DNA of 10,285 nt from Promethearchaeota archaeon (lineage in GTDB: Archaea > Asgardarchaeota > Lokiarchaeia > Sigyniarchaeales > SOKP01), in contig JBHLMQ010000081.1 of NCBI GenBank assembly GCA_048938005.1, forward strand, positions 1-10,285, written 5' to 3'. The notes under the pieces were generated by a model, which was not told the DNA's origin, ran no database searches, and worked only from the letters and a program-made list of their open reading frames with translations. Numbering within the stretch: position 1 is the stretch's first letter; every line of letters begins with the position of its first letter. The position numbers and the translations under genes are program-made. Positions 8,465 to 10,285 of the stretch are shown piece by piece.

Positions 8465-9115
8465 ATTAGTTTTAGAGAATTTAAACCCACAAAAACAAAT
8501 TTAATTAATTTACAGAAAAAACTAAATTTTGCTATAAAAGGAGAAAGTTTTTTAGAGTTGAAACAAGAACAATTGATATTTGAAATCAAAACCTTATGGA
8601 ATGATTACAAAAAACAGCGTAAGAAATTTCTAAATTTATTAATAGAAGTTATGATCAAATTTCACCAAACTTATAAAGAAATGGGTAAGAATAATTTTAA
8701 AATTATTAGTAGTTTGAGTAAAATTCAATTTAAACCATCAATTAATATCAAATATATTAAAAAAATCGGAAATGTCGTACCCGATATAGAGTATGAACTT
8801 ATAAAAGATGAACTCCTTCCCGCCTATTCCTTTGAATATACGAGCCATTATTTAGACGATTTGATAACTATGTTAACATCACTTTTTAAACGAATTATTA
8901 GTTTATCCGAAATTGAAGATATTATGTTAAAACATTCTCTTAGCTATAAAAAAATAACTAGAAGGATCCATGGATTAGACAACATAATTATTCCTGCCCT
9001 TAATTCAGAAATTAAAAAAATTAAAGATATCTTAGAAGAACTTCAAAGAGAGAATTTTGTAAGATTAAAAAATACTAAAGATTTAATTTATAAAAAGAAG
9101 ATAATTAATATGTGA
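8465..9115 (+). CDS. atpD: A/V-type ATP synthase subunit D (central rotor); probable ATT start
   Basis: In-frame sequence upstream of TTG 8558 encodes SFREFKPTKTNLINLQKKLNFAIKGESFLELKQEQL, the conserved D N-terminus (PT..L..LK..L..A..G..LL..K...L). SD-like AGGTG at 8451-8455. C-terminal ITRRIHGLDNIIIP and LEELQRENFVRLK. Confidence 0.92.
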   Translation: MSFREFKPTKTNLINLQKKLNFAIKGESFLELKQEQLIFEIKTLWNDYKKQRKKFLNLLIEVMIKFHQTYKEMGKNNFKIISSLSKIQFKPSINIKYIKKIGNVVPDIEYELIKDELLPAYSFEYTSHYLDDLITMLTSLFKRIISLSEIEDIMLKHSLSYKKITRRIHGLDNIIIPALNSEIKKIKDILEELQRENFVRLKNTKDLIYKKKIINM

Positions 9116-9120
9116 TTTAG

Positions 9121-10285
9121 ATGACGAACAAGACAGTAATGTGTTTATTCGATATTAGCATTCGCAATAGTTATAAAGATCTTCTATTGCAGGAATTGTC
9201 TCAAATAAATTTAATTCATATAAAACCAAAACAAAAAACAGAGGAGAGTCAAAAGAAATCAGATAAAAATCTTGAAAGAATCAAGAAATTAAGAGTTAAT
9301 CTAGAAGATTTATTTAAAGCTCTTAAAATCTCGGATTACGATTTACAGAATTTGCAAACAAAAAAAAGTGAAAGGATAGAATTCAAAGTGAAAGATATTA
9401 ATGAATTAATAACCCATACATTAGAAGAAATAGATTTTTACAACAATCGTGTTGCAGAATTAGAAAGATATATGGCAAAAGCTAAAATTGAACTAAATAA
9501 GATGAAAACGATTGAGGAAAGTTATAAGTTCTTGGAGAAAGTTAATCTTACTCGAGATAACTTATCATACTTAAATCAATTAGCATTTAGAGTTTTCATA
9601 ACTTTTTCCAAAAATTTAATTAATGTAAAAAATCTTTTTGAATTCTCAAAATTTCCAAATTTCTATGAAACACAAGAAATTTCAGATGATAGAATCGTTT
9701 TTTATACCATGTATCCATTAGATAAAGAAGATGAATTAAAAGAAAGAATTCGCATAATTCACGCTGAAGAAATCCCAATCTTGAAAAAATATTTACTTGC
9801 TGATGGAATAAATTTTACAAGGATACATAGTGAGATTAACTTAATAAATAATACACTTGAAAAGTATGAGAAAGAATTAGAGAGACTCAGAGATGATAAT
9901 ATAATATTATTTGCCGCTATGCATGAAATAGTTACAAATATTGAAGAATATAATTGGGCTGAGCGGCAATTCGAAGATATATCATCTAATCGATCACAAC
10001 TCCAATTTTTTATTCCAGCGAATAATAAGGCATCCATACAACAAAGATTAATGGATGTTTTTAAAGATCAAATCACAATCCATTCAGTCGAAATTTCTAA
10101 AAAACCGCTTGTAATTTCAGAAGAAAAAGAACAGGAATTAAATTTAAAAGAACCTATTCGTAATCAACCTTTTAAGAGCGAAGAATTAAAATCAAATGAA
10201 CAAGAACCAGATAAAGATTTGAGGGATGAAACCCCACGGATTATGAAAAATAATTTTTTTGTGAGACCTTTTGAAACTTTAACTA
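9121..10285 (+). CDS. atpI: A/V-type ATP synthase subunit I (a), N-terminal soluble domain; truncated by the window edge
   Basis: Read manually and absent from the ORF track. ATG 9121 opens a frame with no stop to the end (388 codons): MTNKTVMCLFDISIRNSYKDLLLQELSQINLIHIK...ETPRIMKNNFFVRPFETLT. The end matches the subunit I motif PPT.L.N..F..PFE.L that precedes the membrane domain. Confidence 0.93.
   Translation, partial: MTNKTVMCLFDISIRNSYKDLLLQELSQINLIHIKPKQKTEESQKKSDKNLERIKKLRVNLEDLFKALKISDYDLQNLQTKKSERIEFKVKDINELITHTLEEIDFYNNRVAELERYMAKAKIELNKMKTIEESYKFLEKVNLTRDNLSYLNQLAFRVFITFSKNLINVKNLFEFSKFPNFYETQEISDDRIVFYTMYPLDKEDELKERIRIIHAEEIPILKKYLLADGINFTRIHSEINLINNTLEKYEKELERLRDDNIILFAAMHEIVTNIEEYNWAERQFEDISSNRSQLQFFIPANNKASIQQRLMDVFKDQITIHSVEISKKPLVISEEKEQELNLKEPIRNQPFKSEELKSNEQEPDKDLRDETPRIMKNNFFVRPFETLT

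Noticed and set aside
8453-8467. AtpB-AtpD fusion by TAA readthrough or a reassigned genetic code
   Set aside because: TAA terminates most genes here, and B ends at its normal length. Fusing a stator subunit to the rotor is mechanically implausible, and an SD plus ATT explains the layout.
9759-10037. 92-aa minus-strand ORF
   Set aside because: Antisense to atpI, which the ORF track missed because it has no stop within the window.
1-10285. CRISPR arrays, tRNA/rRNA, transposases
   Set aside because: No regularly spaced repeats, GC-rich structured RNA segments or mobile-element ORFs were seen.

Overview
Very AT-rich window (roughly three-quarters A+T by eye), probably archaeal; composition and protein style suggest an Asgard (Loki/Promethearchaeota-like) source, which is inference only. 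From 2356 to the right edge is a tightly packed A/V-type (A1Ao) ATP synthase operon in the unusual order K(c)-C-H-F-E-A-B-D-I, with subunit I running off the window. The ORF track misplaces two starts and misses one gene. Subunits E and D each have a conserved N-terminus upstream of the first ATG/GTG/TTG and appear to start at ATA (about 4505) and ATT (8465). Subunit I starts at ATG 9121. The c subunit has an extra N-terminal hydrophobic segment and a CEALAIYG motif recalling eukaryotic V-ATPase c''. A 491-aa all-helical hypothetical protein with prenyltransferase-like repeats and a 63-aa very basic ORF lie divergently on the minus strand.
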